DNA from: Phoronis australis
Lineage: Eukaryota > Animalia > Phoronida
Assembly (NCBI GenBank): GCA_002633005.1
Contig: NMRA01000012.1
Coordinates: 1,480,357-1,544,356, forward strand
DNA: 64,000 bases
Direction: 5' to 3'
The stretch's first letter is position 1. Each line of letters starts with the position of its first letter. The notes below the pieces were generated by a model. It was not told the DNA's origin. It searched no databases and saw nothing but the letters and a program-made list of their open reading frames with translations. Below are positions 37,116 to 52,100 of the stretch, in pieces. Both the position numbers and the translations under genes were made by a program.

Positions 37116-40100
37116 GTACGTTTGTATTTTATGACGTTACGAACAAAACATTTGAAGTTTTTGTTGAAATATACGGGAACATTGTTGACAAAGTATGTTT
37201 CAATGTTGGGAATTTGAATAAAAATCTTTTTTTCCTGTTGATTACGTGAATATAAATTTGTTTACCTTTCTGCGTGGGTGCGTCAGTGACTTGGCCAAGT
37301 TTTCGCTAACAAAAACACTCAATTTTAATAAATAATTGTAATCATATTAACCGCTTTGCGTAGTTTTACGCACTCAAGCTTGGTTCAGTGGTTGACAACG
37401 ATAATGTTTATACATTATATTAATTTTAGGTGCTAGGACAATCTTCAATTGCAAGTAATTCATGTTTACTACGAAACGTAATCTGTCATTTGGGAGAGCT
37501 AGTCTCCGTCACGTACCGGTAGTGACAGACCAAATCAGGCAAACGTACACGAAGTCTAGATCCCAGTTAATCATTTTTGATAGTTGAAAATTATGCAAGT
37601 TGACAGATATGCAAAGTTTTTTGTAACAGATATGCAGTGTTTTGTGATTTTTAGATAAATCGATTTTAAGTGTCTCCAAGAAAATATATTTCACTTTAAA
37701 GAAAGTATTGTAGCGCCTGTTAAAATATAGACTTAAAGACATATTTCGCATTATTATGATTGTTTATTGGTGTTAAGAAAGACAAGGTGTGATTTTTGTA
37801 AACGACACTGTCTCAGTTCCAAATCATATAGTCCTCTAGTTTGAAACTGTATACTGCTCGTCGTTTAGGATACCTAGTGGCGGTCTTTACTGTTTTCGAG
37901 TCTGATTGTTGACGTGAGCATCTGTCGTTCAAATCTCTCCAAAGGACCGTTGTTAAAATTGGGATGTGTTCATTCTGAGAAGTGCAAATAGCTGAGGGCG
38001 ATGTTTGAACAGGTCCGACTGCTATGGCGCATTTTCACTGTGGCAATTTTATTTATTGCGTGTGGTTCAATACAAGCGTTATCTGCCCATGTGGGAACCT
38101 CAGTCATACGACCAATGATCACTCTCCTGTTTGAAAGTTACGCGACATGCCGTATCTCTGAAGTTCGCACACGCACAGAAGGTGTTCCAAATGCATTTTG
38201 AAAAGTAGGTCAATCATGCATTACATTTATCTGCATTCGCAAAAGACGAGAGTTCAATCAAGTACAGTACTTGTCTCGCGTTCAGATCAGTTCTATTGGT
38301 ATTAGATTCTGGTGAACATACTTGAAATTTGGTTCTCCATTGGTCAATCAAGGATGAGATCAAGCGGTATTTTTAGCTGAACTAGATGAACGTAAAAAGC
38401 ATGCTTTTGCAACTTTTTGAAATTGGCATAACGTGAGTCATAATCCAGATGATAAGCACGGCCGGGTTGTGATCATCATGCCCACTGCACACTATGTCAA
38501 CGGCTGTGTTTCTTCATTCTCGTATCTGTCCAAAACGGAACAGTATGACATTAAAATCATTTAATAAGTATTTGTTTAAATAATTACAGAGAATTAGAGA
38601 AATTTTGAAACACGAATACAAATCAAAGCTTAGCTTTACATGATAAAAGTCTGCTCATATCATGCCCTATTTTCGAATATTGAAACAGAATTAAGAATGC
38701 GCCTATGTGATGCATTACTAACGATTACTCTGTAATACCCTGAGGAACATGAGTGATGTAAAACGAAGGTTTTTATTAGTGCAAATTCAGCGATAGGTAC
38801 GATTCGCTGAACAAGCCTTTAATTTTCGGCTACGATCCTCATGAAGTGAAATCCCCGGACCCGCACCCCTAATTTCCACACACGCGCTGAAAACTTTTCC
38901 GTATACAAGGACCAAATTCTTGTCCTGGGGGATGAAATTCATGTTACTGAAACTTTCAGTGACATGAACGTCCTCCCTAGGACTTATGATAATATAAGTC
39001 CTGGCCGGGAATCTGGACCCCGAGTCTGAAGTTTGGTGCTCTTGTATGCAGCATTTCCGGCTGGTTTGTGAAATTTAAGGGCGCGGGACTGCCTTTGGGG
39101 ATTTATACCGTGGGCTTGGTGTATGCTGGTCCGGGACAGAGGTTCAGGTGGTCCTAAAGAGAATTTAGAGTCACACCCCCTTGGGAATTGTTTTTACCTC
39201 TTTAAATTGTAACTTCGCGAAATAAATACCACCTTATCTCGAATTTACCTATTGGTAATAAGGCAATTAAAATCGGTATCTAATTATGCAAAACACAAGA
39301 TAAGATTTTTGTTTTTCAAATTTATACTTAGTTCAACAATCGTTAACATTACATAACTTTTCTGCTCGAATTCTCAAACATGTTAGAATCGAATTCAAGC
39401 TCAGACTTCAAGTGGATAGAGGAATAATTTAGAATAACTAATATATCTCACTATATAGGTTCTGTTGACCGGTAGGGTTCATGTAAGTAATAACTTTCTA
39501 CTATCACGGCCGAAAATTGAAAGCATACCTTGACAGTTTCGCCGGCTTGATCAACATTAATTCGACAGATGGCGCTTCGTGTTGCTGTGAGGATGAGTAG
39601 TACCATTATCCATCGCTAGGAGTCTATCGTAGGAGTAACACCAAGGAGTGCATACTACACTCCTTGGTAACAAAGTGTGAATTTACACCCAGTCTGTTTG
39701 GACAGAGTTTTCCTCATGGTTATCGCTTCTTTTACTGCACGTTTCTTATTTCTCTGAGAGTCTCTAAATTTGATGTTGTCCGTCTATTACAAGGTCGTTG
39801 ACTTTCACATGATCGGTGACCCAGACTTAGAAAAACAACTTCAGAGTGTTTACGGCAATATCTAGAGCCGATAAAATCCCCATTTATAGGCAACACGTCA
39901 TGCTTGTGCTCTTGGTACGTATACCAAGAGTGAGGCCCGTTTCTCCAATGTATGTTTCTGAACAGTTAAAACAAGTGTCTTCAATTTCATTGCTGGGGTG
40001 ATCTACCAATTTTTTCCTAGAGAGATGAGGTTTCGTAGCAGGTTGTATTTCTTGAATACGTCGTTTTAAAGGTTATGTAGAAGATGTCCAAGTTTGGCTA

Positions 40101-43100
40101 AATTCTACATATCACATCCCAGAAATGAATGACCAAGTTGTAATAAAGCTTTCAGATACTATGCTTTCTGCACTGTTCAGTGGAACTGTGTCCAAGTCCA
40201 CTTTTGCGTTAGGAGCTTCTTGAAAATACCCAAAAGCGTCATAAAACGAAAAGTCAATGACGATTTAGAAACAGTGCTAGTGTTCTTCAGATTTCATTGA
40301 TACTGTCATATTGTTATTAACGTACCATTCTTTTTGCTACATTTAAAAATACATGGTCAAGTGACGCAATTAATATCTGGTCGCTAAAGTATCTAAAACC
40401 AAATTCACAAGCTTTCTATTTTCAGAAAATGTGCATTTTTTACATAGTTCATTGTCATTCCAACAGATCAACTCTATGGTCACCGACTCAGATTTCATAC
40501 ATCCTGGTGAGATATGTTCAAAATGTTTATTCGAAATTTTTGGGCCATTATTTTTTAATTTAGAGCATCACGAATATTTTGGCCTAAAGTAGTCAATTTT
40601 TGGTTCAAAAAAGTTCAGTTATTGAAGTAATTGTAAGACATTGAACCTCTCTATCAGCAGACAACCTTTGCATTTTTGAAAGAGTTTCCGTTAACCTTCA
40701 CTTGAATGCCAAAATTGTATTGTGTACACTAAAATGATCCTAACAACTTTGTGCCACAATAAGTGACTTAGAATGTACTTTAGAAATTTTCAGCAATACA
40801 GGCTGAACCAAAATCACATTAAGTATGAAAATGGACATGCATAATTGCTACCATGGCGACTGAGTACCATAAAAGCGTGGAATGCGAAAGCTCGTCAAAA
40901 AGATCTTTTAGACAATTCCTGACGAACGTACCATCTCGCAACGTCTAGTACAGAGTAATTCACTTTCCCCTATGAGGAAATTTCCAGAAAAAAACACAAA
41001 ATTCACGAAAAAATCTATGGTTACCAGAGTATCTAATTTTTTTCCCACTTATGATAATTGCACGCATGTGCCCACATTCTGTTGCTTGAAGTCGCTTGAG
41101 GTCAAAGGTCACGTTTCCCATATAAGGGAAACGTATTACGTCTAAGTCTTGCCATACCAAATAAGGAGATACGCTTAGCCATGTGGGAGAAAACTCGACG
41201 AAGTGGCAAGCAGGTCGTTTTTTGAAATTTGAAACTGAAAGAAAATGCTTTGATATCAACAGAAATTAAAAATCTTTTTACCTGGTAAGGAGGCTNCTAT
41301 TTTCAGAAAATGTGCATTTTTTACGTAGTTCATTGTCATTCCAACAGATCAACTCTATGGTCACCGACTCAGATTTCATACATCCTGGTGAGATATGTTC
41401 AAAATGTTTATTCGAAATTTTTGGGCCATTATTTTTTAATTTAGAGCATCACGAATATTTTGGCCTAAAGTAGTCAATTTTTGGTTCAAAAAAGTTCAGT
41501 TATTGAAGTAATTGTACTTTCCCCTATGAGGAAATTTCCAGAAAAAAACACAAAATTCACGAAAAAATCTATGGTTACCAGAGTATCTAATTTTTTTTCC
41601 CACTTATGATAATTGCACGCATGTGCCCACATTCTGTTGCTTGAAGTCGCTTGAGGTCAAAGGTCACGTTTCCCATATAAGGGAAACGTATTACGTCTAA
41701 GTCTTGCCATACCAAATAAGGAGATGCGCTTAGCCATGTGGGAGAAAACTCGACGAAGTGGCAAGCAGGTCGTTTTTTTGAAATTTGAAACTGAAAGAAA
41801 ATGCTTTGATATCAACAGAAATTAAAAATCTTTTTACCTGGTAAGGAGGCTGAATTCTGTTTCAGTGGCAGAGAACCAATTTCAATGTTGGAATTTAGTC
41901 TGTTTATCGCGTTCCAAGCCTCTTTAAACAAAACTGGCAATAAAAGATGTGAAGGTGTGAGGCATAAGGATTCGAGTAAGCTTCCCAAGTCATAATCCCA
42001 ATGTAACCTATTTCTGTAAGTCAAGCAAAATTTTTTCACAGTTTTGATGCTTTGATATATCCTGAGGTAGAAATTAAATAGTTACAAAAAATGAATCAAA
42101 AGCGCAATTTATGCATATAATTTAGAAAAAAATATGTGTCCTATAGTGACAAATAATCAAACAAAACCAGTTTCAACAGTCAACTATTCTTTAGCTGAGT
42201 GCGAGGTCAATTGAATGGGCAATTCACATTGAAATAAAAAGAACAGTCATAATAGTTATGGCACAAACACCAGAAAATTGTACAAAACTACTTTTAGTAG
42301 CAGCGTGTCTACAAAAATATTGCAGTTAAATCTTCACCGATGACAATGCAACCGGTTGAACATGCCTTTCAGGTCAGCAAAAGTCGCCATGTTGTCCAAC
42401 ATGAATTATGATCACTGTAACCACCCACTAAGTTACATATGCGTGATTAAGTTCTGGTGTAAACTCTTGGACTGTACCGAATGGTAGCTAAGGATAAGTG
42501 TCACTTAATTTTACTGTTACAATATAGACAGATTCCATTACGGAAACTGCCGAATTCTGTCTATTTGTTAAAATAATTTTGAGCACATATGCAAAATCTA
42601 TCCATAAACATATCTTTCAATGTCCACAACACCGCAAGCTGGCTTGTAAAAGCACTTGAGTGACCCACTTTTAACAGTACAAAAAGTGCCTCCGGATTTA
42701 TGTCCCCTGTCACGTGATGAATGCTGCGCAATTTCAAGGTGATATATATGTTTATTAAAGAATACACAGAACATACAAGGAAAATAATGACAAACCCAGG
42801 GTTGTAGACAGAACATAGATGAAAGTAGTATACATAGCACTATATACATGTAAGTAGTATATAATATAAGTATTCAAATATTTAGATATGCTATGATGAA
42901 CATGTACAGATATGGAAATCAGAAGCAACAAGATTTATAAGCGATGCATAAAATTTACTAACATTGCTTAAGAGGAATTCATTGAGAAAAAAGGTCGACT
43001 TTAGACTACCATTTAACATTAACGTAAATTTAGTAGAGATATTATTACAGGAATTGAAAGCATTTACAATTAATTGGTTTTCATTGAGTGTACGAAAGAG

Positions 43101-46100
43101 TAAGTTTCTCGGGTATTCGAGGGCACATGTGAAGAAAACATGAGGATAAAACTGATGGTCACGACATTTACAGTTTGGAGAGACATTATTAAAATTGTAC
43201 ACAAATTTGTCGGAGTTGAGGAAAAGACCGCATCTCGATCGTTACAATGCTATGTCGTTTTTGGGGGGAAGCGACAATTGTGTCTGGACTATTGAGTTGT
43301 CAAAATTATAAAAATAGTTCTGAAATGGTTTTTTATACTCGTAAATGAGTTGCTTCCCTTAACAGAGACTTGAAGACAATTAAAATTGTCCATGCTGCGC
43401 AATTATGAGTATCAATTTTATTGCGAGTCACACCACGGTCACATACACAAAGTTTAAGCTGATTATAGGTGAACCCTAGAGTGATTTAACTGATTTCTTT
43501 TGATTTTCTCGTGGAAAGGCTATTAATATCCATAGCTTTGTAGTTATTTGGCAAAATACACAGACATGTCTGTAAGGTCTTACATATTCTGAAATCCTCC
43601 CACGGGTCTTGTTTCATGTAAGTGACGTCATACTTAAGACAGAAGTTCAGTGTTTCGCTCCCACTTCACAATTGCTAAATGAAGGTTTAGCCAAGTAATC
43701 ATGTGCGCATTGCAGTCTAGAAATTTACAAAAATAAAAATCATGTCAGTAACTAGTAGCGTGTCTATTCTCAGAGATTGTGCATTTGTTCAAATGAGATT
43801 TAATTATTTTTCTGAAATAGCTGTGTGGAGCGTTAGACCAAATCTCTGTCTTAAGTTTAAGTCACTTTTTTTGGAAGAGACCCCTGCGCGCACATACTAA
43901 AACAACAAAAATGGCCACTTGCATCAGTTTCAGCCAAGGTCTCGTGCTTTTTTCAGAAGAGCTGCACAAGGGCACGTAGGCAAGGTTTGAAACACCACGA
44001 TTTGCCAAGCGATGCATGATAAGTTATACAAAAACGATGCACCGGAAAGCGCTCGACAAGTCAGAGAGCTTGCTTAAGCCACTCACTGGCGATGCAATGT
44101 TTAAAATTGAATCGCCATTATGACTTGAGGGACGCATTTATGCTCAGTTTTGTCTGTTCATTTTGAGAATCATAAAATATTGCTTTATCCATCTTAGCTC
44201 CAATTCTTGTCTTTATGCCGCCAGCCGGTCGTTTTTGCGGCCTTAACCCCGTCAGTGCAGCAACCCTGTAGCGGTAGGGCGGACCTCTCCAAGGTACACC
44301 GTAGAGTATGCCGGCGTGTTTTGCTTCTCAGTTTATTTTCAAAACAGTAGAAGCGTGCTTTCAGATGTGGAAACACGAGCATATGTGCCGCCATCTGTAG
44401 GCCTACATAGAACGAAAAAAATATTTGAACCTGTTTAGATCTGATTAATTAACTTGTATAATGAAACTTCCGTTAAAATCATTTATTATATTTTTACCTA
44501 ACGTAAATCAGTTGGCTCGTCATTAGCCGGCATAGCAAACGATTTATTTGTCCGTTCCATGCAGACGACTGCTGAGATAACTAGATTTGTGTTTGGTTAT
44601 TAAACTGTTGACTACTTCCTGCAATATAATCCACATGCTTGTACGACCTCTTTTGTAAACGTGAACACACTAAGATGAATAAAATTAACCGTTTCTCCCC
44701 TTCATTTCATGAGCGTTTACTGGCGCTTAACCTTTTTAGGAAACTAATGTCAAGGTAGTTGCCCGGTCCCTAACTGCATTCAGTTGTTCTGCATTGTGGG
44801 ATAACCAAGCAGTGCCGAATATCGGAAGGGGATAAATGATTGTGTTTAACAAGGGGGAAAAGTTCAAAATCCGATTTTAAATTGTTTTTTCCCGTTCGAT
44901 CCACAAACATTGACAGTAGTCAAGTAACTTGTGTATTGGGTACCCATTCTACTAGCAATTTTTGCGTAGCCCTGAAGGTTTCTTGTCAACCGGATTAGAT
45001 GTGTGGCGGTCAGTCTGGGTAAGATTACGGGTGGCGGAGTCAAAAAGGGGCGTGCGGACCGCCCAGATTTTTACAGGCAGGTGAATTACGTCATGAGCAA
45101 ACTTTATTCGATATAAGTGCACATGATGAAATCTCAAAAACGCTGTAAACTTTTCTAAAGTATCATTTCATTTTCGTTACAAGCAACTTAAGGTTGTTTT
45201 CATAAAAACTAAGGAACTCCTTTTTGATAGGCCCTCATGCAAAAGTGAAACATCTTAAAAACAATTTCTAAAACTGGTTCGGAGAACATCTCATAAAGCA
45301 CAGTGGCTGAAAACTTGATATGAGCCCGATCAGCCTTTTTGAGATATGATGTTCCGAAGTTTGCCAAATTTGGACATTTTTCTGAGATCCTACCTAACCT
45401 CGACTTGTTTTATTTATTGCAGTAGGAACTGGAAATTCCTCACTTGATCTAGACGTGCGACAGCGTTCAGTACCGGGTGTTCTCAATCACTCGGTGTCGA
45501 CGGTGGAGTCAGTGACAGAAACCAAGGTTGAGCTGAAGCGAAAAGTTGGATTACTAAGCGGAATTTCGCTCATTGTGGGAACTATGATAGGTATAATGAT
45601 GACGTACCATTAGAAAATATTTCAGGAGCGTTCGATGTCGTTGTCAAATTTTAGAGAACAAACGCTGACTGTAATTCTGTGACGCAACTAAGATTTGTAA
45701 GCACGCTCATTCGATACAATTCGTCATTTTCCGTACTATGTTATAATGTACATAGATAGGTTAAGCTTGAGAAACGTTTTACCTCCAATTCAGACCTTCG
45801 TATTTTGGATTTTAAGGAACTGGAACTGCTTTTTTCACAAGCCTAAAGCCATACAGGCGTACGCAATGAAGGTTAAATTTCTTACCTGCACTGTGACCAC
45901 TCACCACTAACTTCACTTCACGCCTTATTCGAACGATCAATCGGAGAATAAATTTTTAAGCACACTGAAGAATAGCCACGCGATCGTGTTTGTGGAAGTC
46001 GTTCATAACAAAATTAGTTATCTGTCGAAAGCATACAGATTTTTCCTGTCATTTTTTAAATTTTGAAAGCTCACAAAGCTTGGCTTTATTTACGATCAAT

Positions 46101-49100
46101 TTTGCTTGAGCGTCCTTAAATTTCTCAATTGCGCATACCTTATATTACGATATAGCTCAAGTGAAAATTTAGCCAACGAGTGGCGAGTGAACTAGTTCTT
46201 AGTTCGAAGTGTGCAAACTCGACGATTTAAGACGTGTCTTGAACACAATAAACGCAGGCCCGTAACCCCGGGAAGAGGGAGGGGGGTCGGGGGATTCGAA
46301 CGACCCCCGCAGAAAAGGTCCAGCCCCAGCCTATCCGATAAGGATAGCATATAGATGGACAACAACAACAAAACTGTTGCAGCTACTGATACTACTAAGT
46401 TAAACTACAATGGCAACTAAGTTATTAATAATTTTGCATTTGCTTTACGTAATCATCAGGCCGTACCCAACTTCGCCCGAATGACGTTCGATGACAGGAT
46501 CATGCAAACGGTTAGAGGAGGCTTTATGTTATTCATCGGCATTGAACGCGCGTGGTGGCTACAACAGGGTAACAATGGAATCTAGAAGTAAATGTCTATA
46601 CCTAGATAGGCTATATAGCAGCGAGAGAGCTCCCAAAAAGTAGTGCGTTGTACCTTGAATGCCTTAAAATCGACCAAAAACAAAACAGCAGAAAGCAGGT
46701 TTGTCATTTGCTATTTTGGTATACTTGCTGGCATAGTACTGTAAAGTGCAGGCACTTTCAAATTTTGATTTGAAGTGGTCGTCAAATGTGTTGTTCATCC
46801 AGTCTCCGCTTTGATTGTGGATTGGTGGATTGACATGCATGTGTGAACACGTGTATGCGTTTCCATTCTTATGAATTCAGTACAGGCCGATGGTATAAGT
46901 ACACTATAGGCAGTCTTCCGTCGTTGCTCAAAAACTAGACATTTAACTACCATGATTTCTTGCATTGAGAAAACCCCATGTTCACATTATTTAGGGACTC
47001 TGTGCCTAATAAAATCTTTGGTCAATGAAGAAAGTCTTCTCTTGTCAATCAAAGCACAGCCTCGCAAACTCCATACGAGCAACAAACTTGATGGAAAAAA
47101 ATCAAATTTACATGTCAATATTTCGAAGGTACACTGCCTTCGAAAGTTCGCAACTTCGAATGTTCACAATTCCAAAACCAGTCCGAGAAAACGAGACAAA
47201 AGTCCGCTAAAAAGGCGCGAATGCACAATTCACAGCTCTGAACGTGGTACCTCGTTTTTTTTCTAGTCCCACGTTTTTTGTTAGTAAAAGGCCAACATTG
47301 TCAAAAATTCGAGCCCCCAATATTTTAGGCTGGGTGACAGTTCATTACTCTGATTGTCTGGTAATGAGTCGAAACTCACGTGAATAAAGTAATCGTTTAT
47401 GTGCCCATTTCATTAGTAACCATTAAAGAGACTGTGCAAAGTTGAATCTAAAACTTTGATTACGTACATTGCTTACAAATGAGCTCAGTTGCAATTACTG
47501 CCAATCGTGATTCTTGAATCTAACTAACGACTCATTCCCAAACAGGGTCAATATCGGGTCAGGGTTGCAGTGACCAATGGCAGTTTTAAATTTAAGAAGA
47601 CTGAATTCGACTCTTTGACTTCGTGAAGACTGGCAGGGACAGGGTAGCATACTAACTACATTTAGTTTCGACCCGACTTTGAGTGTGCGTGGTTCCGGTG
47701 GCTGAGGTTGAGACGCAGTGGCCATAAACTTTTCTGTTACGCTGTGAGTTGATGCGATCTTGACATGGATTTGATGAATGCATCGTGGTTGATAATTCAT
47801 CAATATTCCTACTTTATAATCTTTTAAAAATTCAAGTACGTACCCATTTCGCTTATTCGTAAGACATGCGGGCAATTTCGCATGCGCTGACACATGAAAT
47901 CCAAGCGTTGTTTTGGGTATAGGTACACCACTCAGTGCATCTAATGACCGAAGTATCGTTTATTTTTGCATGTATAACAATACACCCGAGTCCGAAATTT
48001 TCGGAGCAGCGAACCTTCGTAATAGTGAACTTTCAGAGTGAACCTAGTGAATAGTGGACTGTTCCCATTTCCAGCTATGTAAGCAAATTAAGTAACACGC
48101 AAAATACAACCACATAAAACATTGCAAATCACTCTCCGATTAAGTATTTCCGTCCGAGTATGTAATGAGGTATAATCACTCATTTAAGCACGCCTGATTT
48201 GAAAATTTGGCAGGAGGTAACATGAGAACGGTCTCTTTCTGGACCACATTACATCCGAATTTTAGCCCGATTCTTTGCGAGCAACTGTCACGGCATCCTC
48301 ATTTCCGGTGTTACGAATTCCGTCTCATCTCGGGAACAGCCGAGTCGTCGTTGTGTCTATAGATTTCCCTCCCCTTACTTAAACTACGTCATGAGCCTCA
48401 CCAAAAACTCTACAGTTTCGACGTCTGCAAAATATCAAGGGTCCACAGTTCTAGAAATTCGAACCACTCCCGCGCAATTCTGGTTAGTTGCCAGAGGGAT
48501 GGAGACGATTGCCAAGTTGCCAGTGACTATCCACACAGCCTCGAAATATTTCGTTTTTCCAAAATATGGGTTGCCCGCCAAATATGTTGTATGATGTAGG
48601 AATGTATACGATAATGTGGTACACGGAAACTGACGAAATTTGTGTTGAATCAACTTGTTTTTAAACGTCGTAATTGTAAAGTACACATGATGTTCACAAC
48701 AAACGAAACTATAAGCGTCCAAAAGTATTGCATCACTTTTAAATTATAAACATCATGCCAACTCTGTTTCTTTTTTGCCTTTTAGGATCTGGCATCTTCA
48801 TATCCCCAAAGGGAGTGCTACAAAGTACAGGGTCCATTGGATTGAGTCTATGCGTTTGGGGAGCCTGCGGAATCATTGCTCTCCTAGGTAACTGTAACAT
48901 GATGAGGTGGAAAGACATTTCACGACATCTTCTCGTGCAGTGTTTTTATTTTCTCTATAGAGTCCCATGCAGTAGCTATGTCAGAGCCACGGTGCTAGGA
49001 ATCGAGACCAGTTGCAAAACCCGGGCGGCAACCGCACTCTATCCCGGTGCATTATCCCGGTGCATCGTAATTTTTGTTAACTGTTTAAAACTACCGTACC

Positions 49101-52100
49101 GGTCACCGTAGCTTTACTGCGGAATATGTAAAACATAGTTATAAACCCCCAGTCTCATATAGGTGCCGAAATCAATAAGGATCACATCCGGCACACTGCA
49201 ACATGTGAATTGCGCAGTTGCCGTGATGGTTCACGGCTATCCCTGTAGGTCTTGGAACGTCCGGGAAGGCCCTTCGTGGTCTGGGAGGCCAACCCGCCAG
49301 CTTTGGGAAACTTAAGACCACTGCCATGTTCGTCCGTGTTTATATTAGACAGGGCTTTAACGTAGAATCGTCGTGTGAGCTCCGTGCAGGCTACCGTATC
49401 GATCTTTTGACACTTAACGGAACCTGTTCAGTGCAAATGCCTCCAGCGGAGTGCACGTGGCTACTCGATCAATTCAGACCTGCCGCGTGCAGTCGCTAAC
49501 AGTTTCGCGCAATAACACTAAAAAAAATAAGTAAAATATCACTTATCGTTATGAAATTGAACACGAATTGTCCCTAATGTCAAAATATGTGCGATATCTG
49601 GACTTGGAAGAACTGGCACGAAATTCACGGCGAGAACGGAAATTTTATTTTTAGCTGGGTCTGGAGAAATAACGAGTTCTTCCCGAGCACAGAGATCACT
49701 TCTAAACTGGGTGAGGAACAAGATAAAAGCGCTATAAATAACGTCACCTGGGCAGTAAATCTCAAATATCGCTAAAACGGTAAGATGTGGAAAGAAACGT
49801 GTTCCAAAGGCTGATAGCGCTTGTAAAAATCTGTCCACATGTCACATTTTATACAGATCCGTCAGCAGACGCCGAAGATACGATGAAAAACTCATTTCTT
49901 TGGAGACCAGTCCTCGGAAAATTTCGAATAACTCGAGAACGGCAAGAGGTACAAAAAAACAAATGAGGAACTCCCGATAGCTCTGTCGATGATTTATCCA
50001 AAGAAAAAATCAGAAAAATCCGAAAAGAAACAACGGAGCTATTGCTCCGCAAACGAAAAAAGGGAAAATGGCCGCCATAGCGCCATCTTGTATCCTATTT
50101 CAACAGAAAACAATAGGTATCGAGCCATTTACAAAACGTATGCTGTGTGAGTACATTTCACGTTGATCCGATAAGAATTGAAGAGCAACACATGGTGAAA
50201 TAAAAAATAAAGGTGAGATTGACGACGAAATCAAAAACATAAACAATCATGACACTGACGCTTGTTGCACTAATGTATTAAATAGCCCTTGATAAAATAT
50301 ATTTACAAACCACATTTGAAAGTGTTCTACAAAGGATCGCAGAGTTTAAGACCTCCACAAACATAATTCGAAAAATGGTCGTCACAGCTTCATCTTGCGT
50401 CCGATTTCTCCTAAGAACAAAGATCCTCATTCTACTGACTAAGTAAATACTGGACATACATTCCATGAAGATCAGGCGAAAAGTGCGATCTCTAGCTCAA
50501 ATATGCTAACAAAGTGCAGTTATAAATAACGTCAACAAAAGAGCAGCCACTTGACCAGTAAATCTCTAATATCGCGAGAACATTAAGTCTTAGCAGGAAA
50601 CGGGTTTCACAATGCTGATAGCGCTTGAAAAAAATTATGGTTCTACCAAATTTTAGACAGACCCGTCAAAGAACGCCGAAGATACGGCACAAAAACTCAC
50701 TTACTTGGAGACCAGTCGTCGGAAAATCTCGAATAACTATAGAACGGAAATAGCTAGAGAAAAATAAATGTGACGCTTGCAACAGCTCTTAGAATGTGTA
50801 CGTCTACGTCAAAAATTGCGGCCTCTATAAGCATTTGAATCTGAATTCGAAAACAAAATGGCCACCACAGCGCCATCTTCTATCAGGATTGAACAAAAAA
50901 CAAAAGGTTTCGAGCCATTTGTGAAACACATGTGGTGTGTGAATTTCGCGTGGATCCCAGAACAATTTCAATCTGTTGCGTGCGAACAATAACCAAACGA
51001 GAAAACAAAAAACTTACAAATTTTATGACAAAGCGACATACCTGGAGAAATTTTATTTTACCAAGTAATTTTGACCAAGCAACATTCTTGGAGAAATTTC
51101 ACTTCACCAAGTAACAATACCAGTTTTATACCGGTAAGATGCCTAAGTCATGATTTGGTTTTTGATTGACAGCACGGGTTTAATGCCACCTTACTGTCTA
51201 TTGTTGTGTGGATAATAAATACTCAGCAAGAAAACAGTAATTAACAGCGAAAATATCTCTCCAGGATAATCAACGATCTGAACTTTTACTAAAAAGTGAC
51301 AGCGAAAATATTTCTCCAGAATATTTAGCAATCTATACTTTTACTAAAAAACGCCTGCCTTTTCCTGTAAGTTCGAAATTGTTATGATTGTGGTCGTCTG
51401 TTTTTCAGCTAAAGTTTCTCGGCGACCCCAAGCTATAAAAAGTCTGGGCCTCTAGTCATTTCAATTACCCCTTTTCAAATCCCCTCTCCCGGCCCTCCGT
51501 TACCCAGTGTGGACGAGACGGGGGCCTCAATTTTCATTTCTCTTGCTGGTCACAATTTCCCAGCTGCCCCCACCAGTTGCTGCGACTTCTGAGGAGCCCC
51601 TGTGACGACGAAACTTGATCCCTATTTCGTGCGAGGCCCTAAATTGTACTTTTTTAGCTTATTGGATTGCCCCCCGGACACAATTATTTAAATGTACGTG
51701 TAGGGATGAGATGGGCTCCCTATTTTGCGTGGGTCCCCAAGTTATAACGTATAAACTTAAAAGTTAATCACCGGCAATGAAGGTTTTGACACGGTTTTAG
51801 AACCGTGATAAACTGAGTCACCGTAGCTCACTACAGGTTGTGCCGTAAAATTCTGACTTATGCTTGGTTATAGCTTTTAAAAGTACTCTGTAGTAAAATT
51901 GTGATATTCATGCATTACTATAACAACATAGTAACCATACCAATTGTTAGTGAACATGCCAAAAATTTAATTTGTTTCAAATGGAATCTATCTTGTTTCT
52001 TGAATTTAACTGGTTATGAAACTTTGTGTACGGATTACGCCGGTACGGTATACTGTTTTTCCCGTAACGTTCATCCCGAATTTCACTATGCTTGTTTGTG

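Noticed and set aside
41812-42039. 75-aa minus-strand ORF
   Set aside because: No recognisable motif or splice context, and it overlaps the artefactual duplication
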